A stretch of 64,000 nucleotides of DNA, counting the filler, from Catajapyx aquilonaris (taxonomy: Eukaryota): assembly GCA_000934665.2 (NCBI GenBank). It is 4 parts of 4 records of this genome, joined end to end, with 100 filler letters (N's around TTAATTAATTAA, not from the genome) between each part and the next. Parts side by side here need not be neighbours in the genome. Positions count along the whole stretch, not along the records: positions 32,528 to 48,588 come from JYFJ02007305.1; positions 48,689 to 64,000 come from JYFJ02007531.1; 2 more parts are not named here. One strand, 5' to 3'. Numbering within the stretch: the stretch's first letter is position 1; every line of letters begins with the position of its first letter. Below, in pieces: positions 36,201 to 48,910 of this stretch. A model generated the notes under the pieces. The model saw nothing but the letters and a program-made list of their open reading frames with translations, was not told where the DNA came from and did not search any database. The translations under genes and the position numbers were made by a program.

Positions 36201-39200
36201 GTAAAAGTACAAAGTACTGTAATGCGATGTGGTAATTTTTTTTGCTCGATTTTGGCACAAACAGGGTATAGGACTCATGACAGAAAGCCTGTACGAACAA
36301 CGGTACTGTGTTGCGGTTACTCCCTCCCCTTTCCTAAAAATATTCGCGAACAGATCTGCGAAGCGTCAATTTTAATATTACGCTATTATGTGGTCAATCA
36401 CCATTGCCTCTCATTTAATTGCCAGTAACACACATTCCGAATAGACTGAATACTGTAGTAATAAGCACATAAGTGTCTTGAGGTTATACTGCCAATTATT
36501 TGGGCCTAGGATACTGACATTCATCCTGGTTTTTAATCCCCGAAATAAAGGACTACATCTCCAACCCATCAACTTTAATCCCGTCGGCATGTGAAAAGTT
36601 TAAAACCTGGCTATGATATTGAGCGGTAAAAATATTATGAAATGCATTTCAAATTCTCATTAATTATAAGTAGTTTTCTTTATCATTTCATGCGCGCCCC
36701 AGCAATACCCAGCGAGTGAAAAAGTAAAAAAAAATGTTCTGCATGAAATATGTGATACTTATGCAGGGTGTTGTTCTCCCAAAATATATTGTGTGTCATA
36801 TGTGGCACCTTGTAAGCGGCTTGTAAGTGGCTTAGTCACACCTGGAGATGCCATCAAAGTCTGCATTGCAACGGCTGTACATCTGTACTGACAGTGAGTC
36901 GCGGTTTACGTTGGTGGTGTGGAGCTTCCTTGTCCTGCTTTTTCTTGCCGTGCGACAAATAAAACTCCTCTACCAGCACGTTAAATCTCATGCAGAATGG
37001 AATGCTGAGTTGAAACTCTCCCCTTTTTTATCCATCCAATTGCCCGTTGCAATATGGTCCCCGGAGAGACATTTTCAGTGCAGTTTCATACAGTTCGAGG
37101 GAAATGGAATTTTATTTGTAAATATTTAAACACGAAAAGTGTCCACTTCCCACGTGCATGCGTCACTTCTCATTCCCTGCCAATAACTTATTCACAAGTA
37201 GTGTTTTAAAACGTTTCTTAAACTTCCGAGTGAGTTCTTTGTAATTTCGTTTATCTGCCTGGCTCAGATTGCTTCGAATGGCTGTCCTCACACATATTTT
37301 GGCACTGTACTACCTCTTAAAGCTCACCGCAGGCTTGGCCTGAATTTATGGACCACACAGGACAGCTGACACGCCTCTTTGTGATTGGGTCTATATAGCC
37401 AACTTGGAGGCGGGAGACACCTTCGTCCAAAATGTCATGGCAAAATGACCTTAACTTAATATTAATTTATAATCTTTTGATGTGTGCATTTTCTTAAATT
37501 GTTTTATTAAACTATTCAAAATATTTTGATAATATACAGAGAGATGTGGGTGTCATAATTACGTATGTGATTCAAAAGGAATACCTTTGAAAATAATTAC
37601 CCATTGCATTGGCCGCATTAAGATTGTGTATAGCATTAGATCGCTAACTCACTGATGTAAAAAATGATACCTTGTTGAGCAATAAATCATTTTAGCTGTT
37701 GAGACAGAATTTTTACGCAGGTTAGTCATGCCTGTTATTTTCTCCGGAATATTACTGACTTATTCCACAACATATCATCATTTGCATGACTGTTTTATAT
37801 AGCTTTTTGTGTTGGGGAAGAGGAATAATACTCTCAGCTGATTATGCAGTATATGCTGCATATAGCACGAACATAATTTGACAATGCCAACTGTACAACT
37901 GATATGTCACATCAACGTAAAATGCTCCAAAATATCCTTTTTATGCAGTATACGTATAGGCGTACCGAAAAGGATCTATGAAATGGAACAACATTATTTT
38001 ATCCAAAGGTACATGACGGTAATGGATTTGGATAGTAACTATAGACGTAACCAGTGGGAAACCTAGGATACCATCAGTAATCAGTCACAGTCGTACAACA
38101 TAAACTGCTGGTATAATTACCACTATTAACCACCGTTAACCAACAACAAATGGACACGATAATGGGACGTTGCTACCCTTTGCAGGTGCATGTCGCAATA
38201 TATCATGAGTGAAATAAGCATTCTCTAATCAACAGACTCGATAATTTTTGATAACGCTTTACTTCTTCCGCTTAATTTGACCGATCACAATAAAGAGGAA
38301 TCATTAATGTATATTTACCTGACGTAAGTAATCCATAAGCTATTTGTTGAAGTAAAAATCACACTACGTTTAATTAGAGCAACCATGTTTTCGATTGACT
38401 TATCTTCAACGCAAAATAAGGTAATATGTTTATACAGTACATGGCACATGAACTTCCCAAGTTTATCGCTCCGTATAACTTATAGACTATCCTCGACACT
38501 GAAATATCATGGGTCAAGTCCCCTCATGATTGCAAATGTATTGTGCTCTTACCCAATGTAGCCTACTCGTATATTTTTACCCTGGAAGTAGAGGGAGCCT
38601 GGGATACTTGTGTGGTATTATTATTTGGGGCGTAAATATTCAAGTGGACTATAAGAGGGGGCTCTGTGTTGAGCTCATATACATACAGTACAGTACAGCA
38701 TACGCATTTGCATTTTATTGCTGAAATTTGTTTTGCACATTCATTAAATTCCTTCATTATACAGGCTATATTTTCTGCATCGAGTCAAACATGGTAAAAA
38801 TTTATAGTGTTCTCATTACCTTGGTAGAACAATATTGAAAATTACTCTTCAACATAATGGTGGGTTAGGCCCAATTCTATACAGCCTGTAAACGTTGCTA
38901 TAGCTTTAGCCTCAAACTGGGAATGCATTATTTTGTAATAATTTATTATGTTATGCAACAGCCACAAAAAGTCGGGTATAGGTCTACATGTTTCACAGGT
39001 TGTAGACGATGTATGTGTATACTGTGTATATGGCACATATAGGGTTACGGTTCGTCTAGCTCCGAGGCGGAAAGCCACATCATATAAAGCTTGTACTTTA
39101 TCCCACCAACCTCCAGGGGATGGACGATCTGCATTCCTGCAGCCCAAAGGCAAAGCGCATTATACAATGAACTTTTCGTTTTAGTGTTAATTTTAGTACC

Positions 39201-39328
39201 GTAAAGGCTGTGTGAAGCTGTAAGCCTACTGCAGTTTTTGGCTTTGAGCTTGCGAGCCATAGAATTTCAACAATTCAGATAACTATTGTAGCAAAATAAC
39301 TCAGTTTAATGTTTTATCATAATACATA

Positions 39329-39902
39329 CAGTTGACTCCGGATATAACAGACTTGAAGGGACCGCGGAAAAAGTATGTTATAACCGAGGTCAGTTATAGC
39401 CAAATAGCCACTTTTGCAACGAATACACAAAGTTGTCTGCTTCCATTTGCTTATAATGCACACTACTGCATTTATTAATAAAACTATCCATAAAATGCAA
39501 AATTAGCTCACCTGGGATACTCTAGCTCTAGGACCCCCCAAAAAAACCGTAACTTTCTTCTTGCGTCTCCTTGTTGCCAAATATACCAGAAAAATGATCA
39601 TTAATTTTTGAGTAATTAGATCAGTGACAGATTCGAAAATCGCGCCCTGCCAGTATTTTCGGCTTTCCTGAGCGTCGGAAAGGAAGTTGAATAAAATAAA
39701 AAAACACCACATTTTCCCGCCGAGGCGAGGGGCCAAAAAATTGTCTGAAATATCCGACGTGAGGTGAAAATGAGTCTGTTATATCAGGAGTAAAAATACA
39801 CAGGGCCTTACGGAAGTATGGCGGGACCGGCCTTTCGAGTCCGTTATAATATACGGTAACCGAAAGTCTGATATAGCAAAGGCTCATATCCGGAGTCAAC
39901 TG
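39329..39902. mobile_element. pogo/Tigger-like non-autonomous element (574 bp)
   Basis: TA|CAGTTGACTCCGGATAT...ATATCCGGAGTCAACTG|TA. Confidence 0.85.
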
Positions 39903-42900
39903 TATTAGGCCATTAGGAACCATACTTTACAAAATCGCGTTCCACTCCGAAACGAATTCGTGCACCTCCCTTTACGCTATACACATACATGTGCCAGTGA
40001 TGTGCAACACATCGTGTTGTCTCTCACTCTGATGCTCTTTGAAGTGCCGGACTTCCCAGAAATCCTCTTGTTTGGGCTGTAAAGCATGTCAACAGTCGGA
40101 TCTATGTCATCATGACGTTGAAAAGGAAGCTAAAACTCTGTAATTAGGGTCTTAGCTCCTCAATTGTGTAATTCGTGTCCAGATACGCACAGCACCCGTG
40201 CCTGAATTTCCATGACGGTGTGCCATTTAGCAAAATTAGAACCTAATGGGACAATGATCGATTTCACTAGTTGCATGCCGTACAGTACATGTCAGAGAGA
40301 GTGCAGCACAGAGGGTGTATTCTCCTAGGTCTAATTTGCATGAATGATCCTACACGCAACAGAACTTGCCATGCTCGTTAGATGACGCGGCAATTTTAGG
40401 TAGAACGGTACCAGCGTACACGGTACTCAACTTTATGACGATGTGGGCGTGCTTGATTAAAGGGAAAATGATCTAGAGAAATTTGTCGATGAAAAGTCAT
40501 TAATTTTTTTCCCCCGTTGTGTCATCCCCTCCGAGCCCTTTTGATGTCCCGCCAGTTATTACGGGAACACGATTCTCAATCCAATCTCCCATCAAAAATT
40601 GCGTACACTTTTACCAAACTTATCTCGTGTCTGTGTCATATTCCCAATATTTATATGCCTTTGTGGAGATGCCATTACCTTTTCCGCATTAATTTTTCAA
40701 ATGATAACTTCCTTAAGCGAGACTGCGTAGTATATGAGATAATGTGCATCTCAAATTACATTTGTCTCGCTTTCATGTACATGAAACACGCAGCCTAACA
40801 AATATCAAAGGTCAAGAAATCTCAACGGTAATGTCCCTCTAACGAAGTTGGAGTCATTTGAATTTTTATTTTTATTTTTTATTTTGCAAAACAGATAGGG
40901 CCTACCGAGTACAGCGAAACCCGCTTAACACGTAATAATTGCAGTATTTGTGGTGCACGAAAGGGCTATGAAGTGAATCAACACTTCCACGTTCCACTTG
41001 CATGTCTGCCTTTCCTATATAGATTTCCAATCCATTCGCATAATTGTCAAGCAAGGCGAGGCGGGAGTTATTTGACCCCAGGGCACCTTCGACCCGAAGT
41101 CGTCTTTGTCAAACGAGGCTCCAGACGAACACACCCGACCATACAGATGAGGGTAATATTACCCTTCTACAGAAGATAGCGTTCCGAATTTGATTCTGCA
41201 TTGCCTTTGTAAATGTCCTTGCGGCGTAATACAGTAAAAGCAACCTCCTCGAAGTCCAACTCTGATTGTAGTTTCCAGACAGTTTTGTTCATTTCGAAAA
41301 CTATATATGCAAAAGTACAGCAGTACCGGTGTAATTATGTACAGTATATGCCTTATTTTGGAGCCATAAATGACCAGTAAATCATGCTAAATGGCGTTAT
41401 GTGATACGTTATTTCCGAAGCTTGCTTTACTCTTTCCACTAAACAAGTCATATAAGTTAATGTATTTTTGCCGTGCCTTTCAAAAATCTTACTCAAATTT
41501 TTCTTTAAAATCGAAACATCCCGGTTTTCGAATTAGGACACTCAGTTATAAATATTATATGACTGGGAATTCCTACTTTACACTCACAAAATGGCCAAAG
41601 TGGACCAATACACCGTTTGGCGAGAGCAATGCATCATCTACCAGCCCATGTCCATCACTCTTTATCATGACTGTCAATTTCATATTGGCGATGCTGACCA
41701 AAAACAGTGTCATAGGAGATAGGACCACTTAGATGATTTGTGGAGTGTGGAGTAGAAATTTCGGATCGATTTTTAAGTAACACTGAGTATACCGTATATC
41801 TTTAAAATTCACGTAAATAACATCATTCTACGCCTATGAGTATGGACATTATTAAGCCAAAATATGGCCTTCGTCTAAAAATAGCGACATTATCAGACCA
41901 TGTAAGCAGTCAGGCAAGCAGAAAATGGAAAAACTGATCGACGCAGAGTTGGATGCCCTTTAACACTGCAGATGAACAGATACAGTATAATTTTTAAAAA
42001 TGGCGAGGGTGGACGAGAAAGATAAAGAGTTATGGCCCGTTTCGAGTTGAAATGTCACAGCTTTGCTTGTAATGAGGCAAAAGATGATCTAATTAGAATA
42101 CGTCATATGTGAGGCATGTAGGATGTTGTTTGGAAGTCAGGAGAGTTTGATGTCACGATCACAAGGCCCGACAATCCCTTGTCTAAGACAAGGCCTGCTA
42201 AGAGGCATAAGTCTGGCTTAACTAAGGAATGGAAGATATAATTACTCTGATTAAGGGGATGTTAATAAGAGAGAACAATGAAGAAAGCCATGGCCTTGTT
42301 CTTGAAGGAATTAACAATAACTAAAGTTTTGTTATTGATCAAGAAGATATTAGAATGTTGCAAGATGATTCGGTTGGAGCTATGAAAAGGAGGCAGCCAG
42401 GAGACTCTGGACTTTACACCAAGCAAGGTATAGACCTGGTCTTTGGTAACAATCGGGTACGGCTGAAGGGGCGACAGTCAAACCAGCTGACCTACACTGA
42501 TGAAGTAACATCAACGAGGGTGCGGCAGGAGAACAGGACCAGCGTAATGAAGAGAATTTCTTGATCAAGATGTGGAGAGGGTGAGACCTGCATGTGTTGC
42601 ACGATTTATAATAATTTACAAAATAACTGTATCATCGTGTATTATGCATTTCAGATAGTCAGCCTGTAGAAGTGGGTGTCAGTTGCAATAACATTAAATG
42701 GCAGCAATTGAAGTCTCCTGGAGACCCTGCTCAAGTACTTTGGGAAGAGATTGTCTGCATCGTACGTTCAGATAGATTAGTCGGCCGATTCCAGGTTCCA
42801 GAACTACAGTATACGTCCGGGTTGCGGACGAGGAATCACTCCTCTTCCGCAACCTGGACGTATACAGGGTGTAAATGAATTCGGGGGACAAACTTGTAGG

Positions 42901-42918
42901 GGTAATATAGGCCTAGGT

Positions 42919-43140
42919 CAGCGGTTCCCAACCTTTTTCGGGTCGCGACCCCTTTTTATGATAGTCAAGTAACCTGCGACGTACGACCCCCCTTCCCCTG
43001 ATTGTTAGCAGGTGTTGAAAAAAACCTTCGCGATGAAATTTCCTATAATTTTGTTTATAATTTCATAATTTATAAACATTTCCGCGGCCACGCGCGACCC
43101 CCCGGAAAAGGCTTCGCGACACCCAGGTTGTGAACCGCTG
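42919..43140. mobile_element. hAT/Charlie-like MITE inserted in a mariner-like relic starting ~42865
   Basis: TIRs CAGCGGTTCCCAACCT / AGGTTGTGAACCGCTG; GGGTCGCGACCC subterminal motif; 8-bp TSD imperfect. Confidence 0.7.
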
Positions 43141-44119
43141 GTCTATAGGTGCTTCCGATCATTTTGGATACCAACAAGATATTACAGGGGTTAGACAAAA
43201 TAATAGGGCCCCCTGCAAAAAGCGAGTGAATTTTCTCCTCCATAGTACTCGAAAACTGGAAGGTTACAGAAAGGACCTTTACTTATTTTTGAAGCTCTAT
43301 CGATGTACATTTACACACATGAAGATGACACAAAAATAGCAAGAGGAGGGGAGAAAGAANNNNNNCCCCCCCCCCCCCCCAGACCCCATTTTTGACCAGA
43401 GTGTCCCACCCATTTCATTTGAAAACGAAAACAGTTACAGATATGAACTTTACTTGATTTTTAAATCGATGTCACTTTGTGTGGTACAAAGATGGTCCAA
43501 AATTACTGACAAGGGGCGGGGGAAAAATAGAAACGGCACCCCCCTTCCCCGGCACTAAATCTGAGAAGAGGTTGGACAAAATAATGTATAGTAAGTTTGG
43601 GTCAAATTTTCGTCCCACTGCTAGTTATTACTAACTTACCAGTACCATATTTGGAACTGGTACTGCCAACTAGCAGTGGGACGAAAATCTTACGTTGTTT
43701 GCATTCAAGCAGTGCCGGGGAAGTGAGGTGACGTTTCTATATTTTCCCACTGCCCCTATCCGTAATTTTGGTCCATCTCTATACCGCACAAAGTGACATC
43801 GATAGAGCTTCAAAACCCAGTGGAGTTCATATCTGTAACTGTTTTGGTCTTCAAATGAAAAGGGTGGGACACTTGGGTCAAAAATGGGGTCTGGGGGGTG
43901 TATCGTTCGTCTTTTGTTTCTCCCTCTCCTCTTGTGATGGGGAAGCTAGCGTCCAACATGAGCCGCACTTCACAGGGTACAGTAGTACGTCTGTGATCAT
44001 CTGGATCATGACTCTGTCCACCCNCCCCCCGAGTCATGATATGCCAGAGCTGTTGGACTTCAGCAGCCTATTAGGTCCCACTCCGGGATGTATTGCGGTA
44101 CAGTATACTCATCAAACCT

Positions 44120-44400
44120 GACGATCATGCAGTTCTTGAGGGGGTTGTCGTCGGCAGCCCTTCTCTCTCCAGGTTGGCTACATATCTGAACCAGGATGTA
44201 CGAGTATATACATCAGTTACGGAGCACCAGCACCTGCGATGCTCCCTAATGATCCACGTAGCATCGTTTCTTAATGGCGCAGTGTATGCTAGAGATTTTT
44301 CCTGATGTTGGCCAAAATGCTTGCATGCCTCTGAGGCAGCACGCCCCGTCTGTGACCTGGATGTATAGTTCTGGAGCCTGCAGCTGCAATCGGCCAACTA
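44120..44400 (-). mobile_element. Possible decayed RTE-like LINE 3' coding relic
   Basis: Across frames: CCLRGMQAFWP..KISS and SWFRYVANLE, resembling RTE motifs CLRRILRIxW..ISN and WFGHVARM; heavily degraded. Confidence 0.35.
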
Positions 44401-44600
44401 ATCAATCTGGACAGATAATCTCATCCCTTGGGGCTGAGCAGGGACTCCAGGAGATATTGAAAGTTGCCGCCATTTGTGCAATTACCACTCCCATTTGTGT
44501 CGTCACTTCGAAAATGTATCATCTGCATATGGCGGCAAGGTTGAGTTTCCAGGTAAGTGCCAGGAATCTCAACCATATACAGCTCCGTGTAGACACCTGG

Positions 44601-45102
44601 TTTTTTTTACACGCTTTATATTAGCTTCACTTTCTTGTCTGTGAGCGGATGTTTGTGTGTTCGTGTATCCACCCCTCTCTTCGCCATTGCCCCACCATCT
44701 ATCGGTAGTTATTAACGTTAGGGGTGATTTCGCGCCTTCCTACACCATCTAGCGGTTAGTATTCACATTAGGTAGTCACGTGATTGGCTGTGTTCGCTCC
44801 CTACCTACCATCTGGCGGTAGTAGTCACATGATGGGTGAATTTGCAACTTCCATACCTACTAGCGGTAGTAGTCACGTGATTGGCTGTGTTCGCTACCTC
44901 CCTACCGTCTGGCGGTAGTAGTCACATGATGGGTGAATTTGCAACTTCCATACCTACTAGCGGTAGTAGTCACGTGAGTCGGTCTGTTAGCAATCTCCAC
45001 TCCAGTCACCGGAGTTACTGGCTCTCAGTACCCAGTTCGCTTCCTCCAAACTACAGGGCGGGAGTAAATACTCCTGACTGTTTTTTAGTGACAAAGTGAA
45101 AA
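44601..45102. mobile_element. Helentron/DINE-like non-autonomous element with internal tandem repeats
   Basis: T-run + ACACGCTTTATATTAGCTTCACTTT start; subterminal inverted GACAAAGTGAA near 45090; internal repeats GGTAGTAGTCAC(G/A)TGA over ~44770-44980. Confidence 0.5.
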
Positions 45103-45196
45103 GATTACAAATCACAGCCTGGCACCATTCAACTAACTCCCCATGTACTATACATCTGTCATTCCTTCCACTTTATCACTAAAAACCAGTTAAAAT

Positions 45197-45699
45197 AAAA
45201 ATATATAAAAAACCTTTTTAAGAACACGCTTTATATTTCCAAGTGCACTAAAATGTAGAAAATAATTCTCTTCCTCAATCTTCAGCTTTCTCTTTTACCT
45301 TGAACTGAACAGAAGATTCATGACTTTCTTTCCATGGATTTCAGCTACTGCAGTATTGTCTTGCTTTACTTATATTCTTATACGGCCTACATGACGAAAA
45401 ATAAAGCGTGGGCACTCAATGACACATTATCTACTTCCATGGCATGAAATATAACCATGTACAGTGTTAAAATTTTAGTGCCCACGCTTTATTTTTCGTC
45501 ATGTAGGCCGTATAAGAATATAAGTAAAGCAAGACAATACTGCAGTAGCTGAATTCCATGGAAAGAAAGTCATGAATCTTCTGTTCAGTTCAAGGTAAAA
45601 GAGAAAGCTGAAGATTGAGGAAGAAAATTATTTTCTACTTTTTAGTGCACTTGGAAATATAAAGCGTGTTCTTAAAAAGGTTTTTTATATATATATTTT
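45197..45699. repeat. Long near-perfect inverted repeat (arms ~220 bp, 60-nt spacer 45417-45476)
   Basis: Arms are reverse complements with only a few mismatches. Confidence 0.92.
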
Positions 45700-46112
45700 T
45701 GGAAAGATGTAAGTGTATTAGTTGACCACAATAAAATGTTGTACGCTATGATTCAGTTATGCTACCATGGTGAGTCATTCACTGTGCAGCCCTGTTGTTT
45801 TGAAAAACCTTTGGGGAGTTTGAACTGGTCTTAACTTAGCAAATATATAATTATTTAGTGGAAATTATGCTTTATTTCACAAAAAGTAATCCTCATGAGA
45901 TTATATGATACAAAATATGCTCGTCTTCTGTCATCAGGCACATATTGTACGCGACTCTATTATGTATCGTAAAAATCCTCTGCATAATAATATATTATAT
46001 TATATGGTTTAGAGTCGGCCAAGGCTAAGTTTACGTCAGTTTTCGTGGGTTTTGAAGTCTAGTTGCCAGTCACAGATGTAACCAGAAAATAGGTGATAGT
46101 GTACTCCATGGC

Positions 46113-47215
46113 TATTCAATTGGCGGACCGCGACGCAATTTTGTCCGGACCGCGACGCTATACAAGAAAGTTTGAAATAGGTAGCATTAGAAATTATTCA
46201 TTCAGGATTTTTTGGAAAAAGTGCTACCAATTTCATCAAATACCCACCCATTCAAATCTCCCACATTCACCTAAGTTCGTGTGACCTTGAACCCCCTCCC
46301 CCATCTCCTGCGGCGGGCTTCCTCCCCGTCCTTTACGGCTCGTTCACTTGTGCTTATGCGATGCCCCCCCCCCCCCCTAAATTTTTTCTGCCTACGCGCC
46401 ATGGTGGAAAGCTACGCGCCTGTACAGGACATCATAAAGGGCGAAATTGTCTTAATTATGGCCTGTCTTGATAGGCTCTTCTACCCTTGCTTCACATGTT
46501 TCTATTTTCACTGTGGTACCATATAAAATCCATATCTTTACCGGGGGGGATCAGTACCTTCAATGGCCCAGGAAATGTAAATATTGGACCTTGTTATAAA
46601 CTAGTTGAATTGCCCTGGTGTACTCTATTTGAAAAAAGTAATAATCCTATGGCGACTCTACATTTCTTTCAGGATACACAGTATAGTGCATGACTTACAA
46701 AATAATATGAAATATTAATTGCTTAGAAAACCTTTTCGTCATAAGTTGAAAATGAGTTACTGTAACTAAGTGCAAATTTTAAATAAGTACAAAAATACCC
46801 ATGGAATGCATACGTTTACCATGCATTTTTGCAGTGGTGCGTCATGTAGTACAGCAGGGGTTTTCAACTGGCGGACCGCGACGCAATTTTGTCCGGACCG
46901 CGACGATATACAGGACAGTTTGAAATCGCATTAGAAATTACTAATTCATGATTTGTTTTGGAAAAAGTGCTACAAATTTCATCAAATACACACCCATTCA
47001 AATCTCCCACACTCACCTAAGATCGTGTGACCTTGAACCCCCCCCCCCAATTGGGCCTGCGGCGGGCTTCCTCTCACCCTCTTACGGCTTGCTCACCTTG
47101 TGCTTATGAAATGGTCCCCCCTCCGAAATATTTTCTGCCTACGCACCTATACAGGACGTCATAAAGGCCAAAAATGTATTTATATGTCCTGTCTTGATAG
47201 GCCCTTCTACCCTTG
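46113..47215 (+). repeat. Two diverged ~360-bp copies (~46113-46490 and ~46855-47215) of a hAT-like fragment
   Basis: Both contain GGCGGACCGCGACGCAATTTTGTCCGGACCGCGACG...CCTGTCTTGATAGG..CTTCTACCCTTG. Confidence 0.75.
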
Positions 47216-47352
47216 TGCACATGAATCGAAGATAAGCATAATGCTTATCTTCGATTCCTTCTTCTGCCGTTTCGGAAAATGTCGCTGGCAGTTGCCTCGA
47301 TTTATGACCAATACTGTGCAGCATACTACTGGTAATTGAGGGTTTTTTTTAA

Positions 47353-47488
47353 CCCTGTAATGCCCCTTGGGTCATATCTGGCACACCATTTAGTGCAATT
47401 TGGCACTTACAGGAAATATAACAATTGCAAAAATTGCAAAAATTGCACTAAATGGTGTGCCAGATATGACCCAAGGGGCATTACAGGG
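47353..47488. mobile_element. piggyBac-like hairpin MITE (136 bp)
   Basis: TTAA|CCCTGTAATGCCCCTTGGGTCATATCTGGCACACCATTTAGTGCAATT and its exact reverse complement ending GGG; the right TTAA is degenerate. Confidence 0.65.
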
Positions 47489-48588
47489 TAAGAAGGGGGC
47501 AGATGTCTCTGACAATAACTGACCTTCTTCCACGTGCGTGCTATATTTTGCACCTGACATCTTCCCTTCTTGCAAAAGCCCTGACTTTCCAAACGCTTCT
47601 AGCGACTAGTACAACTGCTCTTTTTGCTTGAGAAATTTATCGATGTGAGCGTCAGGGTTTCCAGATGAATACTGACGCGGTAGTTTTAAATGGGATATTT
47701 CTTGACATCTGCCCTTTTTCCAAAGAACCCATCAATTATGTGTACCCTTGCCCGCCCGAGGGAAGTATAGGAGAGCCTGTATGGAGGGGTTCTTGCAGAA
47801 CCCACTTTACTATTGATTTCTGAGTCGATAAAAGCTGGATATGATAAAATGTATCGCAATGAATAGCAAGTAACACATTTTATTTTATAAACAAATGCAG
47901 CACAATCATGGTAAAAGATGTATAAAAGGGACAACTTAAGTGGCGAGATGCGAATAGGTAATCCGATCAAACTTAACTCTTGTGCTACTATACTGTAGTG
48001 TAGGCCTATACAGTTTATTCTGTAGTACTGGAAATTATTTCAATATCAGTGTTTTCCTTCAGCTGGTCAATATGATTATTGTCCTGGGTTCCACCAGAAT
48101 AGTCTGGAGGGGTCAGTCCGGAGATCTGGGAACAGTGGGAAGACCACAAGCCATTCGAAAATATCCTGGTTTCAAAGGAGTTTCGAATTTCAAGCACGCT
48201 CTTTGTCGAAGTGTGGCACTAAGTCTTTCCAGCTTGCTAAAAGTAGCCATGCGAAAGTTAGTAGACCTATAGTCACTCCACTAATTCCCGAACTTGCTAA
48301 AAATTTCAGCTAGTACCGATCTGGGGGCAGCTGAATATAGCTTAGAGAAAACATGAAATGTGAGCCTATGCAGTAATTTCTATACTATAGTGTGGTCCAA
48401 CGATTTTTATTCCTGTGCGTAACATATAGCGTACAAAATGTACAATTACTTCACAAAAACAGAGTTACGCAGCGAGTGAATCGACCCTTTTAGTTGGGCG
48501 AGTAAGGAAAAAAAAACTGCACTTTATGAGGAGAACACCACACTTGGCATACATCATGTCCACACCTATTGTCAACGTTTAGGAAGGG

Positions 48589-48688
48589 NNNNNNNNNNNN
48601 NNNNNNNNNNNNNNNNNNNNNNNNNNNNNNNNTTAATTAATTAANNNNNNNNNNNNNNNNNNNNNNNNNNNNNNNNNNNNNNNNNNNN
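48589..48688. other. Artificial contig-joining spacer
   Basis: 44 N + TTAATTAATTAA + 44 N. Confidence 0.95.
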
Positions 48689-48910
48689 CTCATACGGCAA
48701 AAATATTCAAATTCGCGCGTGTTCTTGCCGTGAAGTGCCATGGCCGCCAAAACCATCAAAGATGGCGGACCTTTACGGCCTGCCTGTACCCTATTTATAT
48801 CTCGTTGGCGTTGCCCCCGTTTCAAAATGGCCGCCAGCCTTGGCAACGGTCCCAAACAGAGAGACGCGGACATCATAAGTTTGCGCCTCTTATATGTATA
48901 TAGTATATGC
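48689..48910. repeat. Arm of the dispersed foldback repeat also present at 61.9-62.4 kb
   Basis: TACGGCAAAAATATTCAAATTCGCGCGTGTTCTTG...CAAAATGGCCGCCAGCCTTGGCAACG; near-identical ORFs at 48740, 61775 and 62168. Confidence 0.85.

Noticed and set aside
42150..42570. Possible decayed LINE reverse-transcriptase C-terminal region on the minus strand
   Set aside because: Only faint motif echoes (SSLRWSCSP, LLDQ.QN) among many stops; too weak to call without a search.
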